Below, piece after piece: positions 7,493 to 15,990 of a DNA stretch of 33,507 nucleotides. The stretch covers positions 1 through 33,507 of the forward strand of contig JBKJLC010000125.1 in assembly GCA_046597055.1 (NCBI GenBank), read 5' to 3'. Source of the stretch: Kofleriaceae bacterium. Lineage in GTDB: Bacteria > Myxococcota_A > Polyangia > Haliangiales > Haliangiaceae. The translations under genes and the position numbers were made by a program. The first letter of the stretch is position 1. Each line of letters opens with the position of its first letter. The notes below the pieces were generated by a model. The model ran no database searches and was not told where the DNA came from. It was given only the letters and a program-made list of their open reading frames with translations.

Positions 7493-9214
7493 ATGGCCTT
7501 CCCCCCGGCCCACCCCGCCCTCCTCCGCGCGCTCGAGCAAAAAGGTTACACCGACCCCACCCCTGTCCAGGCGGCGGTGCTGGCGCCCGACGCGATCGGC
7601 CGCGATCTCCTGGTCTCGGCCCAGACCGGATCCGGCAAGACCGTCGCGTTCGGGCTATCGCTCGCCCCGACCTTGCTCGGCGAGGCCATGGCCATTCCGC
7701 GCGGCACCCCGCCGCGCGCGCTGGTGGTCGCGCCGACCCGCGAGCTCGCCATGCAGGTCCAGCGCGAGCTGCTGTGGCTGTACGCACCGACCGCCACGAC
7801 CATCGTCGCCTGCGTCGGTGGCATGGACATGCGCCGCGAGGAGCGCCTGCTCTCGCAGGGCGCCGCGATCGTGGTCGGCACGCCCGGCCGCCTGCGCGAC
7901 CACCTCGACCGCGGCAACCTCGACCTGTCGGGGCTGGTCGCGGTGGTGCTCGACGAGGCCGACGAGATGCTCGACCTCGGGTTCCGCGAGGACCTCGAGG
8001 CGCTGCTCGACGGGACCCCGGCGACCCGGCGCACGCTGATGTTCTCGGCCACCCTGCCGCGCCAGATCCTGGCGCTGGCCAAGCGCTACACCAAGGACGC
8101 GGTCCGGATCGCCAGCACCGAGGGCGATGCCCCCCACGGCGACATCGAGTACCGCGCGATCGCGGTCGCCCCGCGCGAGCGCGAGCACGCCGTGGTCAAC
8201 CTGCTCCGGCACCACGACGTCGGCACCGCGCTGGTGTTCTGCGCGACCCGCGACGGCACCAGCCACCTCGCGGCCAACCTGCTCGAGCGCGGCTTCTCGG
8301 TGGTGGCGCTGTCGGGTGAGCTGAGCCAGGCCGAGCGCACCCGGGCCCTGCAGGCGCTGCGCGACGGCCGCGCCCGCGCCTGCATCGCGACCGACGTCGC
8401 CGCGCGCGGCCTCGACCTGCCCGACCTCGGCCTGGTCATCCACGCCGATCTCCCGCAGAACTCGCAGGTGCTGCTCCACCGCAGCGGTCGGACCGGCCGC
8501 GCGGGCCGCAAGGGGATCTCGGTGGTGCTGGTGCCGGCGCCCGGGCGCTACCACGCCGAGCGCATGTTCTACGACGCCGGCGTGAAGCCGACCTGGTTGC
8601 CGGCGCCGTCGGCCGAGGAGATCCGGGCCGGTGATCGCGCCCGGCTCGCGACCGAGGTCGAGGCGCTGGCCAAGGAGCCCGCCGAGGACGAGCTGGCCGC
8701 CGCCCGCGCGCTGGTCGCCGAGCGCGGCGCCGACGCCATCGCGGTGGCGCTGGTCCGCCTGCATCGCAACAAGCTGCCCGCGCCCGAGGAGCTGACCGTG
8801 ATCGGCCCGTCGCCGCGGCGCGTCGCGCCGGGCGCTGCTGGTCCCGGCACGTCGTCCCGACCGGGTGGTCCGATCCGCTCGGGCGACGGCGGCGTGTGGT
8901 TCCGGATCGATCTCGGCCGCGCTCGCAACGCCGATCCGCGCTGGCTGATTCCGGTGCTTTGTCAGCGGGGCGGCATCACCAAGGCCGACATCGGCGCAAT
9001 CCGCGTGATGTCACACGATACGCGGTTCGAGATCGCGCCGCAGGCGGCGGAGCGGTTCGAGGCCGCTGCGGCGACGCCACCCAAGGATCATCCTGATCGG
9101 ACCGTGCGCACGGCGCGCATCGAGCGCCTGCGCACGGAGGATGACGGCCCGCGACGGGCTCATTCGGTCCCTTCGGCGACGCCGAAGAGCCGCGCGCCCG
9201 TTCGTCGGACATAG
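7493..9214 (+). CDS. DEAD-box RNA helicase (DeaD/CsdA-like) with C-terminal DbpA-type RNA-binding domain
   Basis: Q-motif GYTDPTPVQ, AQTGSGKT, PTRELAMQ, TPGR, DEAD, SAT, ATDVAARGLD, HRSGRTGRAG. C-terminal WFRIDLGR...ITKADIGAIRV. Confidence 0.95.
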   Translation: MAFPPAHPALLRALEQKGYTDPTPVQAAVLAPDAIGRDLLVSAQTGSGKTVAFGLSLAPTLLGEAMAIPRGTPPRALVVAPTRELAMQVQRELLWLYAPTATTIVACVGGMDMRREERLLSQGAAIVVGTPGRLRDHLDRGNLDLSGLVAVVLDEADEMLDLGFREDLEALLDGTPATRRTLMFSATLPRQILALAKRYTKDAVRIASTEGDAPHGDIEYRAIAVAPREREHAVVNLLRHHDVGTALVFCATRDGTSHLAANLLERGFSVVALSGELSQAERTRALQALRDGRARACIATDVAARGLDLPDLGLVIHADLPQNSQVLLHRSGRTGRAGRKGISVVLVPAPGRYHAERMFYDAGVKPTWLPAPSAEEIRAGDRARLATEVEALAKEPAEDELAAARALVAERGADAIAVALVRLHRNKLPAPEELTVIGPSPRRVAPGAAGPGTSSRPGGPIRSGDGGVWFRIDLGRARNADPRWLIPVLCQRGGITKADIGAIRVMSHDTRFEIAPQAAERFEAAAATPPKDHPDRTVRTARIERLRTEDDGPRRAHSVPSATPKSRAPVRRT

Positions 9215-9221
9215 TGGGAGG

Positions 9222-12200
9222 GTGTCCGACTCCGTCCACCGCTCTCCGCCCCGCGCGTCCGGCGGTGGCGGTGGCGGTGAGCTGACCGCGCGAATCGCAG
9301 CGTTCGACTGGGCGTCGACCTCGCTCGGCGCGACCCAGAGCTGGCCGGCGAGTCTCTCGGTGGTGGTCGGGGTGGTGCTTCGATCGCGGCAGGCGATGTG
9401 CGTGCTGTGGGGCCCCGAGCAGCGGCTCCTCTACAATGATGCGTACCGGGAGCTGCTGGGCGACCGCGACCGCGACCCCGAGGCCCTGGGCGCGACCGCC
9501 GGCGAGGTGTGGTCGGAGCTGTGGGACCACACCGGGCCCCGCGCGCTCGCGGCGCTGGCGCGGGGCACTGGCTTCGAGGAGCGGCGGCGCCACGTGGTGG
9601 AGCGTGACGGCACCACGGAGGAGCGCCACACGTCGTTCTCGTACAGCCCGATCCTCGACGAGCACGGCCGGGCGGTCGGCCTGCTGTGCAGCTGCCACGA
9701 CGACACCCGCCGGCTGGTCGCCGAGCGCCGGCTGGCGCTGGTCCGCGACCTGGCAGCGACCGTGGCCACCGCCCGCACGTTCGAGCACGCGTGCACGCAG
9801 GCGTCCGCCGCGCTCGCCCGTCATCCCTGCGACCTGCCGTTCGCGATGCTGTATCTCGGCGAGCCCGGTCGCGGCCGCGTCGTCCTGGCCGGGACCGCCG
9901 GGATCGAGCGCGGTCACCCCGAGGTGCCCGAGGCGGTGATGCCGGACCGCCTGTCGGCGTGGCCCTTCTGGACCGTGATCGACAACGACGCGCTCGAGGT
10001 GATCCCCGAGCTGGCGGCTGGCTCGGGCACCTGGCCCCGGGGTGGCTGCGATCGACCGCCGTCACAGGCGGTCGCGGTGCCGATTCCGTCGCGCGCCACC
10101 GGTCGCTCGGCGGTGATGATCGCCGGGCTCAATCCGTGCTGCCGGTTCGACGACGACTATCGCGAGTTCGTCCAGCTGGTCGCCGCCCAGGTCTCGGCCG
10201 CCCTCAGCCACGCCCACGCGTGCGCGGCCGCCCCGGCGGTCGCCCCCATCGAGCGTCCGCGGCGACGCGCGCTGTCGCGCCGCGATACCGCCGACCTGGT
10301 CGCCAGCGAGCTGCCGCTCGAGGTGGCCGGCGGGGACGCGCTCGGCGCCGACGATCCCGGCCAGGCCCGCCTGATGTGGGCCGACAGCACGCCGCCGCCC
10401 GGGGTCCGGGCCACGCTGGTGCTGATCGACGACAACCCGGCGATGCGCACGTACCTCCACGGCCTGCTGGCCGACGCGCACGACGTGATCGTGGTGACCG
10501 ACCCCCGCGATGCCCGGGCCGTGGTCCGCGACCGCGCGCCCGATCTGATCGTGGCGGATGCCGCGCCGGCCACCGATCGCTTCGAGCTGCTGCGCGGCCT
10601 GCGCGCCGACCCGGTCACCGCACTGGTGCCGATCCTGCTGGTCTCGACCCGGGCCGGCGAGGACCTGCGCGGCGAGGGCCTCGCCGCCGGCGCCGACGAC
10701 TGCCTGGCGATGCCGTTCGGCGAGCGCGAGCTGCTGGCGCGCATCGCGGGGCTGCTGGCGCTGGCGCGGTTCCGCCACAACGCCCACGCGGTGATGCGCG
10801 AGAGCGAGGCGCGCTTCCGTCACCTGGCCGACCACGCGCCGATGATGGTGTGGGTCACCGACGCCGAGGGCCGTTGCACCTTCCGCAGCCGCTCCTGGTA
10901 TCAGTTCACGGGCCAGACCCCCGAGACCGCCCTGGGCGACGGCTGGCTCGACGCGATCCACGCGGACGATCGCGCGGTGGCGCAGGCGACCTTCGGGTCG
11001 GCCAACGCCGATCGCGATCCGTTCCGGATGGAGTACCGCCTGCACCGCGCCGACGGCGCCGACCGCTGGGCGATCGACGCGGCCGCGCCGCGCTGGTCGT
11101 CCGACCGCCACTTTCTCGGCTACGTGGGCTCGATCATCGACATCACCGAGCGCAAGGAGGTCGAGCAGCGACTCGAAGAATCCGACCGGCGCAAGGACGA
11201 GTTCCTGGCCACGCTCGCCCACGAGCTGCGCAACCCGCTGGCGCCGATCCGCAGCGCGCTCGACGTGCTGGCGATGGGCACCACCGATCGCGGGATCGCC
11301 GCGCGCGCGTGCGCGGTCATGGAGCGCCAGCTGCGCCACCTGGTCCGCCTGGTCGACGACCTGCTCGACGTCAGCCGGATCACCCGCGGCCAGATCGAGC
11401 TGCGCAAGGAGCGGGTCGATCTGGTCTCGGTCATGCGCAGCGCGATCGAGACCACCGCCGCGCAGATCGACGAGCTGGGCCACCGGCTCACCGTCCAGGT
11501 GCCGACCCGGCCGATCCACGCCGAGGTCGATCCGACCCGGATCGCGCAGGTGCTCGCCAACCTGATGCAGAACGCGGCGATGTACATGGCGCCTGGCGGC
11601 GACCTCCGGGTGACGCTGACCAAGGTCGATGGCGACGCGGTGGTGTCGGTGCGCGACCGCGGCGTCGGCATCGCGCCCGCGATGCAGGCGTCCATCTTCG
11701 AGATGTTCACGCAGCTCGATCGCGTCCACGGCAACACCCACGGCGGGCTCGGCATCGGCCTCACGATCGTGAAGCGCCTGGTCACCATGCACGGCGGCAC
11801 CATCGAGGTGCGCAGCGCCGGCCTCGGCCACGGCAGCGAGTTCCTGGTCCGCCTGCCCACCGCGACCGACGCCGCGCCCGCGGTGGCGCCGGTCGCGGCC
11901 GCCCCGCGCCGGTCGCGGCCGCCGAGCCGGCGGGTGCTGATCGCCGACGACAACGACGAGGCGGTCGAGACCCTGGCCGGCCTGCTCGGCCAGATGGGCC
12001 ACGACGTCCAGGTCGCGCGCGATGGCGTGGAGGCGATCGAGGTCGCGACCCGGTTCCGGCCCGACGTGATCCTGCTCGATCTCGGCATGCCGCGCATGGA
12101 CGGCCTCGAGGCCTGTCGGCGGATCCGGCGGCTGCCATGGGGCGGCGACTTGATGATCGCGGCGCTGACCGGGTGGGGCCACGCCGACGACAAGCAACGG

Positions 12201-12317
12201 ACCCACGCGGCCGGCTTCGATCGCCACCTGGTGAAGCCGATCGGGCGCGCGATGCTCGAGGAGCTGCTCGCGACCTGTGGTGATGACCGCCACGTGCGCG
12301 ACGACGAGCCCAGCTGA
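9222..12317 (+). CDS. Hybrid sensor histidine kinase (PAS-GAF-degenerate REC-PAS-HisKA-HATPase-REC)
   Basis: GTG at 9222 after GGGAGG. N-terminal FDWASTSLG...WP. H-box FLATLAHELRNPL, N-box NLMQNAA, G-boxes DRGVGI and GGLGIGL. C-terminal REC with DDN, LLDLGMP and LVKP. Confidence 0.92.
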   Translation: MSDSVHRSPPRASGGGGGGELTARIAAFDWASTSLGATQSWPASLSVVVGVVLRSRQAMCVLWGPEQRLLYNDAYRELLGDRDRDPEALGATAGEVWSELWDHTGPRALAALARGTGFEERRRHVVERDGTTEERHTSFSYSPILDEHGRAVGLLCSCHDDTRRLVAERRLALVRDLAATVATARTFEHACTQASAALARHPCDLPFAMLYLGEPGRGRVVLAGTAGIERGHPEVPEAVMPDRLSAWPFWTVIDNDALEVIPELAAGSGTWPRGGCDRPPSQAVAVPIPSRATGRSAVMIAGLNPCCRFDDDYREFVQLVAAQVSAALSHAHACAAAPAVAPIERPRRRALSRRDTADLVASELPLEVAGGDALGADDPGQARLMWADSTPPPGVRATLVLIDDNPAMRTYLHGLLADAHDVIVVTDPRDARAVVRDRAPDLIVADAAPATDRFELLRGLRADPVTALVPILLVSTRAGEDLRGEGLAAGADDCLAMPFGERELLARIAGLLALARFRHNAHAVMRESEARFRHLADHAPMMVWVTDAEGRCTFRSRSWYQFTGQTPETALGDGWLDAIHADDRAVAQATFGSANADRDPFRMEYRLHRADGADRWAIDAAAPRWSSDRHFLGYVGSIIDITERKEVEQRLEESDRRKDEFLATLAHELRNPLAPIRSALDVLAMGTTDRGIAARACAVMERQLRHLVRLVDDLLDVSRITRGQIELRKERVDLVSVMRSAIETTAAQIDELGHRLTVQVPTRPIHAEVDPTRIAQVLANLMQNAAMYMAPGGDLRVTLTKVDGDAVVSVRDRGVGIAPAMQASIFEMFTQLDRVHGNTHGGLGIGLTIVKRLVTMHGGTIEVRSAGLGHGSEFLVRLPTATDAAPAVAPVAAAPRRSRPPSRRVLIADDNDEAVETLAGLLGQMGHDVQVARDGVEAIEVATRFRPDVILLDLGMPRMDGLEACRRIRRLPWGGDLMIAALTGWGHADDKQRTHAAGFDRHLVKPIGRAMLEELLATCGDDRHVRDDEPS

Positions 12318-12413
12318 GGCCCCGATCACGCGCGCCGGTGCCGCACGCGCCGCGGCGCCGTGCGCCGACGTCACATGCCACGGCCGCAGGTACCCGTTCC
12401 GCCTCCGCCGGCG

Positions 12414-12429
12414 TGGCACGAGCCTGGCA
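12414..12429 (+). promoter_or_regulatory. Putative sigma54 (-24/-12) promoter
   Basis: TGGCACG-AGCC-TGGCA has the exact GG-N10-GC spacing. It lies 32 nt upstream of the ATG at 12462, which has an AGGAGA RBS. Confidence 0.65.
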
Positions 12430-12461
12430 GTACGTCCGGGCAGCTGTTCAAGGAGACTCTT

Positions 12462-12896
12462 ATGCGTATCACCACCGGTTCCCTCATGGCTGCGCTCGTC
12501 ATCAGCGCCGCGTCCACCGGCTGCGTCATCTCGTCGGACGACGATTTCGGATCGGAGCTGACCGTCGCCAACCGGAGCAGCTACGTTCTCACCGAGGTCC
12601 ACCTGGCCGAGCTCGGCGACGACAGCTGGGGACCCGATCTCCTGCCCGACGTCCTCTACCCGGGTGAGGACCTGCTGATCGTCGACATCCGCTGCGGCGA
12701 CTACGACGTGCTCGTCGTCGACCAGACCGGCGTCGACTGCGTGCTGGCCAACGTCGATCTGTGCCTGAACTCGGATGTGTGGGTGGTCGACGACGTCATC
12801 CTCGACACCTGCGCGTTCAACCCGCGCCTGGCCCCGCCGACCCGGCCGACCCAGACCGACGCGACCAGCACCGCGGCGACCGCGAGCTCGCGCTGA
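12462..12896 (+). CDS. Small Cys-containing beta-rich lipoprotein, hypothetical, 144 aa
   Basis: AGGAGA RBS and lipobox STGC. LTVANRSSYVLTEVHL...WGPDLL.DVL.PGE...C.YDV...DLC matches a widespread small secreted family of unknown function. Confidence 0.75.
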   Translation: MRITTGSLMAALVISAASTGCVISSDDDFGSELTVANRSSYVLTEVHLAELGDDSWGPDLLPDVLYPGEDLLIVDIRCGDYDVLVVDQTGVDCVLANVDLCLNSDVWVVDDVILDTCAFNPRLAPPTRPTQTDATSTAATASSR

Positions 12897-12914
12897 TCTG
12901 ATCTTGGATCAGCG
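12891..12914. terminator. Inverted repeat spanning two convergent stop codons
   Basis: CGCTGATC (12891-12898) and GATCAGCG (12907-12914). Confidence 0.35.
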
Positions 12915-13529
12915 ACCAGGCCGGTCGTCGGCGGCGGGGTCCGCCTGCGGTCCGACCGGGGGCACCAGCCCGGGCCGCAGCGGCGCCGGGATCCGCTGCT
13001 CGTAGTCGAGCCAGACCCGGGCGTCGTGGCGGCAGTCGTAGGCCCGGCAGGTGCCCGGCCGATCGTCGTAGACGGTGCACCCGCCATCCGCGCCCATGCA
13101 CCCGCAGTACCCGGTGGCCGGGTTCTTGGGCAGCATGTAGGGCTCGGACAGCACCCACGGCAGCCGGCGCTCGACCACGTCCTGCGCCGACAGGGTCACG
13201 TCCATGCTGCAGCAACGCGCGCGGCACAGCGGGATCAGGCTCGCACAGTCGACGTCGGGGCTCCGCATCGCGCGCTTGTCGCGGAACATCGCCAGCCGCA
13301 CCGAGCTGCGCTCGCCCTTGATCTTGCCGATCAAGCGGCGATGGCCCTCGGCGAGGTGCCCGCGCATGATCAGCACGTCGATCAGCCACTCGAGCCGCCG
13401 GGCCAGATCGTCGCTGTCAGGCCGGGCCTCCAGGTCGTGGGTCAGCCGCTCGATCGCGGCCAGCAGGTCGGCGGGGACCTGATCGCCGGCGAGCGGGCCG
13501 TGGGCCGGCGGATCGTCGGCGGTGGTCAC
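12909..13529 (-). CDS. YkgJ/CxxCxxCC-family cysteine-cluster protein with N-terminal helical extension
   Basis: CASLIPLCRARCC and CGCM...CTVYDDRPGTCRAYDC. The GTG start overlaps the upstream stop (GTGA at 13529-13526). Confidence 0.8.
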   Translation of the reverse strand: MTTADDPPAHGPLAGDQVPADLLAAIERLTHDLEARPDSDDLARRLEWLIDVLIMRGHLAEGHRRLIGKIKGERSSVRLAMFRDKRAMRSPDVDCASLIPLCRARCCSMDVTLSAQDVVERRLPWVLSEPYMLPKNPATGYCGCMGADGGCTVYDDRPGTCRAYDCRHDARVWLDYEQRIPAPLRPGLVPPVGPQADPAADDRPGR

Positions 13530-13819
13530 GGTCGGCCGGCTCCGCTACCGACGGCGCGCAGCGCGGCCTCGAGCTCGACGATGCGGCCGCGGGCCTGGGC
13601 CAGCTCGTCGCACAGGCGGAGCACGACCTCGAGCCCGGGCCAGTCGATCTCGAGCTCGCGCCAGAGCGTGCGCGCGACCAGCACCCGGTCGACGTCGACC
13701 AGCACGCGATCGTCGTCGCGCCGCTCGATCACGCCCTCCTCGACCAGGCGCGTGATCAGCTCGTCGTCGCCATCGACCAGCTCGACCAGCCGCTGGTAGG
13801 TGAAGCGGGTCGTCGTCAT
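13526..13819 (-). CDS. cbpM: CbpM-like chaperone modulator (MerR-like), 97 aa
   Basis: ATG at 13819 overlaps the stop of the J-domain gene. LITRLVEEGVI...DVDRVLVARTLWRELEIDWPGLEVVLRL plus a coiled coil; canonical position downstream of cbpA. Confidence 0.8.
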   Translation of the reverse strand: MTTTRFTYQRLVELVDGDDELITRLVEEGVIERRDDDRVLVDVDRVLVARTLWRELEIDWPGLEVVLRLCDELAQARGRIVELEAALRAVGSGAGRP

Positions 13820-14703
13820 AGCGTCAGCTCCTGCCGCACCGGCGCGCTGTAGGCGGCCCGGCTGGCGCGCAGCGCGGCGGCCAGCTCGTCGTCGGCCTGG
13901 TCGGGCATGCGCACGTCGAGCTCGACCAGCAGATCGCCGCGCACCTCCTTGCGCTTGATGCCCTTGCCGCGCAGGCGCAGCTTGGCGCCGGCCTGCGACC
14001 GCGGCGGCACCTTGAGGACCACGTTGCCGTCGAAGGTCGGGATCTCGATGCTGGCGCCGTTGTAGGCCTCGTCGAGATCGATCGGCAGCTTGAACGACAG
14101 GTCGAGCCCGTCGCGCCGCAGCCACGGGTGCGGCCGCACCGAGGTCTCGATGACGAGATCGCCGGGCGGACCGCCGCGCCCGCCCGGCGCGCCCTTGCCC
14201 GGGATCCGGATCACCGAGCCGGTGTCGGCGCCCGGCGGGATCCGGACCCGCACGGTGCCCTGCCCGGGCACGTCGAGCGCGATCTCGGCGCCCTCGATCG
14301 CCTGGCGCAGCTCCATCTCCACCATCGCCTGCAGGTCGGAGCCCCGGCTGGGTCCGCGCGCGCGGTTGAACAGCTCGGAGAAGTCGAACTCGGCGGGACC
14401 CTCGGAGAAGCCGCTGCCGCGCTGCTGACGGGTGTTCTGCCAGCGCGCGTACTCGCGGGCCTTGACCGCATCGAAGCCGCCCTGCAGCGACGCGTCGCCG
14501 AACTCGTCGTAGGCGGCCCGCCGCTTGTCGTCGGACAGGACCTCGTACGCCGTCGAGGCCTTCTTGAACTTCGCCTCGGCGTCGGCGTTGCCCGGGTTCA
14601 CGTCGGGGTGGTGCTTCCGCGCCAGCTTGCGATAGGCCTTGCGGATCGCATCGCTGGTCGCGTCCCTGGGCACGCCGATGATGTCGTACAGGGATTCGGC
14701 CAT
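13816..14703 (-). CDS. cbpA: Class II J-domain co-chaperone (CbpA/DnaJ-like, no zinc finger)
   Basis: J-domain with HPD (RKLARKHHPDVNPG), short G/F region and DnaJ C-terminal domain (VRIPPG...GDL...LRLRGKG). No CxxCxGxG repeats. Confidence 0.88.
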   Translation of the reverse strand: MAESLYDIIGVPRDATSDAIRKAYRKLARKHHPDVNPGNADAEAKFKKASTAYEVLSDDKRRAAYDEFGDASLQGGFDAVKAREYARWQNTRQQRGSGFSEGPAEFDFSELFNRARGPSRGSDLQAMVEMELRQAIEGAEIALDVPGQGTVRVRIPPGADTGSVIRIPGKGAPGGRGGPPGDLVIETSVRPHPWLRRDGLDLSFKLPIDLDEAYNGASIEIPTFDGNVVLKVPPRSQAGAKLRLRGKGIKRKEVRGDLLVELDVRMPDQADDELAAALRASRAAYSAPVRQELTL

Positions 14704-14724
14704 GGGGGAGCACCTTGCCGCGAC

Positions 14725-14740
14725 TGCCAGGCAGATGCCA
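14725..14740 (-). promoter_or_regulatory. Putative sigma54 promoter for the cbpA operon
   Basis: The minus strand reads TGGCATC-TGCC-TGGCA with GG-N10-GC spacing, 21 nt upstream of the ATG at 14703. Confidence 0.5.
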
Positions 14741-14768
14741 GGGGGCGGCTGGCGGGTATGCTCGCCCG

Positions 14769-15560
14769 GTGCAAGTCGACGTCCTGACCAGCGGCATCTG
14801 GCAGACCACCACGACGGTCCTGTCGGGCGGCGGTGGCTGCGTCGTGGTCGACCCGGCCTACTTCCCGCGCGAGCTCGACGAGATCGCGGCCCGGGCCGCC
14901 GCGCTCGGCGGCGCCGCCGCGGTCGTGTTCACCCACGGCCACTGGGACCACGTCATGGGCCATGCCGCACTCCCGGCCGCCCCGGTGTGGGTCAGTCGCA
15001 GCCTGGCCGACGCGGTCGCCGCCGACGATCCCCGCGCCACGCGCTACCTCGACGACGCCCGCGCGTTCGACTCGCGCTGGTACGTGCCGCGGCCGGACGG
15101 CCATCGCTGGCCAGCGCAGCTCCGCGGCCTCGCCGACGACGAGGTGACCGAGCTGGGCGGCCTCGTGGTGCGCGCGCTGCACCTGCCCGGTCACAGCCCC
15201 GACGATCTCGGCCTGCTGGTCGAGGCCGCCGGCCTGCTGCTGGTCGGCGACTACCTGTCGCCGTGCGAGATCCCGTTCATCGACGACGCCGGCGCCTATC
15301 GCGCCACCCTGGTCCGCCTGCTCGGCGTGCTCGCCGACGGCGTGCGGGAGGTCATTCCGGGTCACGGCCCCCGGCTCACCGCCGCCGCGGCGCAGGGCAT
15401 CGCGCGCGCCGACCTCGACTATCTCGACCAGCTGCTCGCGGCCGCCGGGCGTGGCGACGCCGCCGGCGCCGACCCGATCGCGCTGCCGCGTGCTGCCGAC
15501 GTGGTCGGCATGCGCGACCACCACCGCGCCAACTGGGCGAAGATGGTGGCACCCCGATGA
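14769..15560 (+). CDS. Metallo-beta-lactamase-fold hydrolase
   Basis: VVVDP, THGHWDH, PGHSPD, GDYL and PGHG metal-binding motifs. The GTG start at 14769 is inferred. Confidence 0.9.
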   Translation: MQVDVLTSGIWQTTTTVLSGGGGCVVVDPAYFPRELDEIAARAAALGGAAAVVFTHGHWDHVMGHAALPAAPVWVSRSLADAVAADDPRATRYLDDARAFDSRWYVPRPDGHRWPAQLRGLADDEVTELGGLVVRALHLPGHSPDDLGLLVEAAGLLLVGDYLSPCEIPFIDDAGAYRATLVRLLGVLADGVREVIPGHGPRLTAAAAQGIARADLDYLDQLLAAAGRGDAAGADPIALPRAADVVGMRDHHRANWAKMVAPR

Positions 15561-15922
15561 GCGAACCCGATGACCTGCGCACGATCGCCCGGCAGTGGCT
15601 CGACTGCTTCGCCCGCCACGATCTCGAGGGCCTGCTGCACCTGTACGCCGAGGCGGCGGTGCACAGCTCGCCGAAGATCCGGGCCCGCCACCCCGAGACC
15701 GGCGGCGTGCTGAGCGGCAAGCCGGCGCTGCGGGCGTGGTGGGCCGACGCGTTCGCCCGCCTGCCGGGGCTCGGCTACGAGCTGGACGCGCTGACCGCCG
15801 ACGGCCACCGCGTGTTCATGGAGTACGTGCGGCGCGCACCTGGTGAGGCCGACCTGCCGGTGGCGGAGGTGCTGGTGGTTGCCGGTGGGTTGATCGTCGA
15901 GAGCCGCGTCTATCACGGCTGA
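15557..15922 (+). CDS. SnoaL-like / NTF2-family protein
   Basis: ATGA overlap with the MBL gene. [26 protein letters not shown]...[13 protein letters not shown]...IVESRVYHG. Confidence 0.85.
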   Translation: MSEPDDLRTIARQWLDCFARHDLEGLLHLYAEAAVHSSPKIRARHPETGGVLSGKPALRAWWADAFARLPGLGYELDALTADGHRVFMEYVRRAPGEADLPVAEVLVVAGGLIVESRVYHG

Positions 15923-15990
15923 TCGGCACGGCTGATACGACCGCGCCGCTCCCGCCCGCCGACCCCGGCGCGAGGTTACGCTGGGGGTGG

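Noticed and set aside
13526..14812. 428-aa ORF as a single protein (similarly the extended ORFs 14639-15922, 29242-31743 and 31913-33313)
   Set aside because: Only the 3' parts are real genes; the upstream extensions are off-frame overlaps of neighbouring genes.
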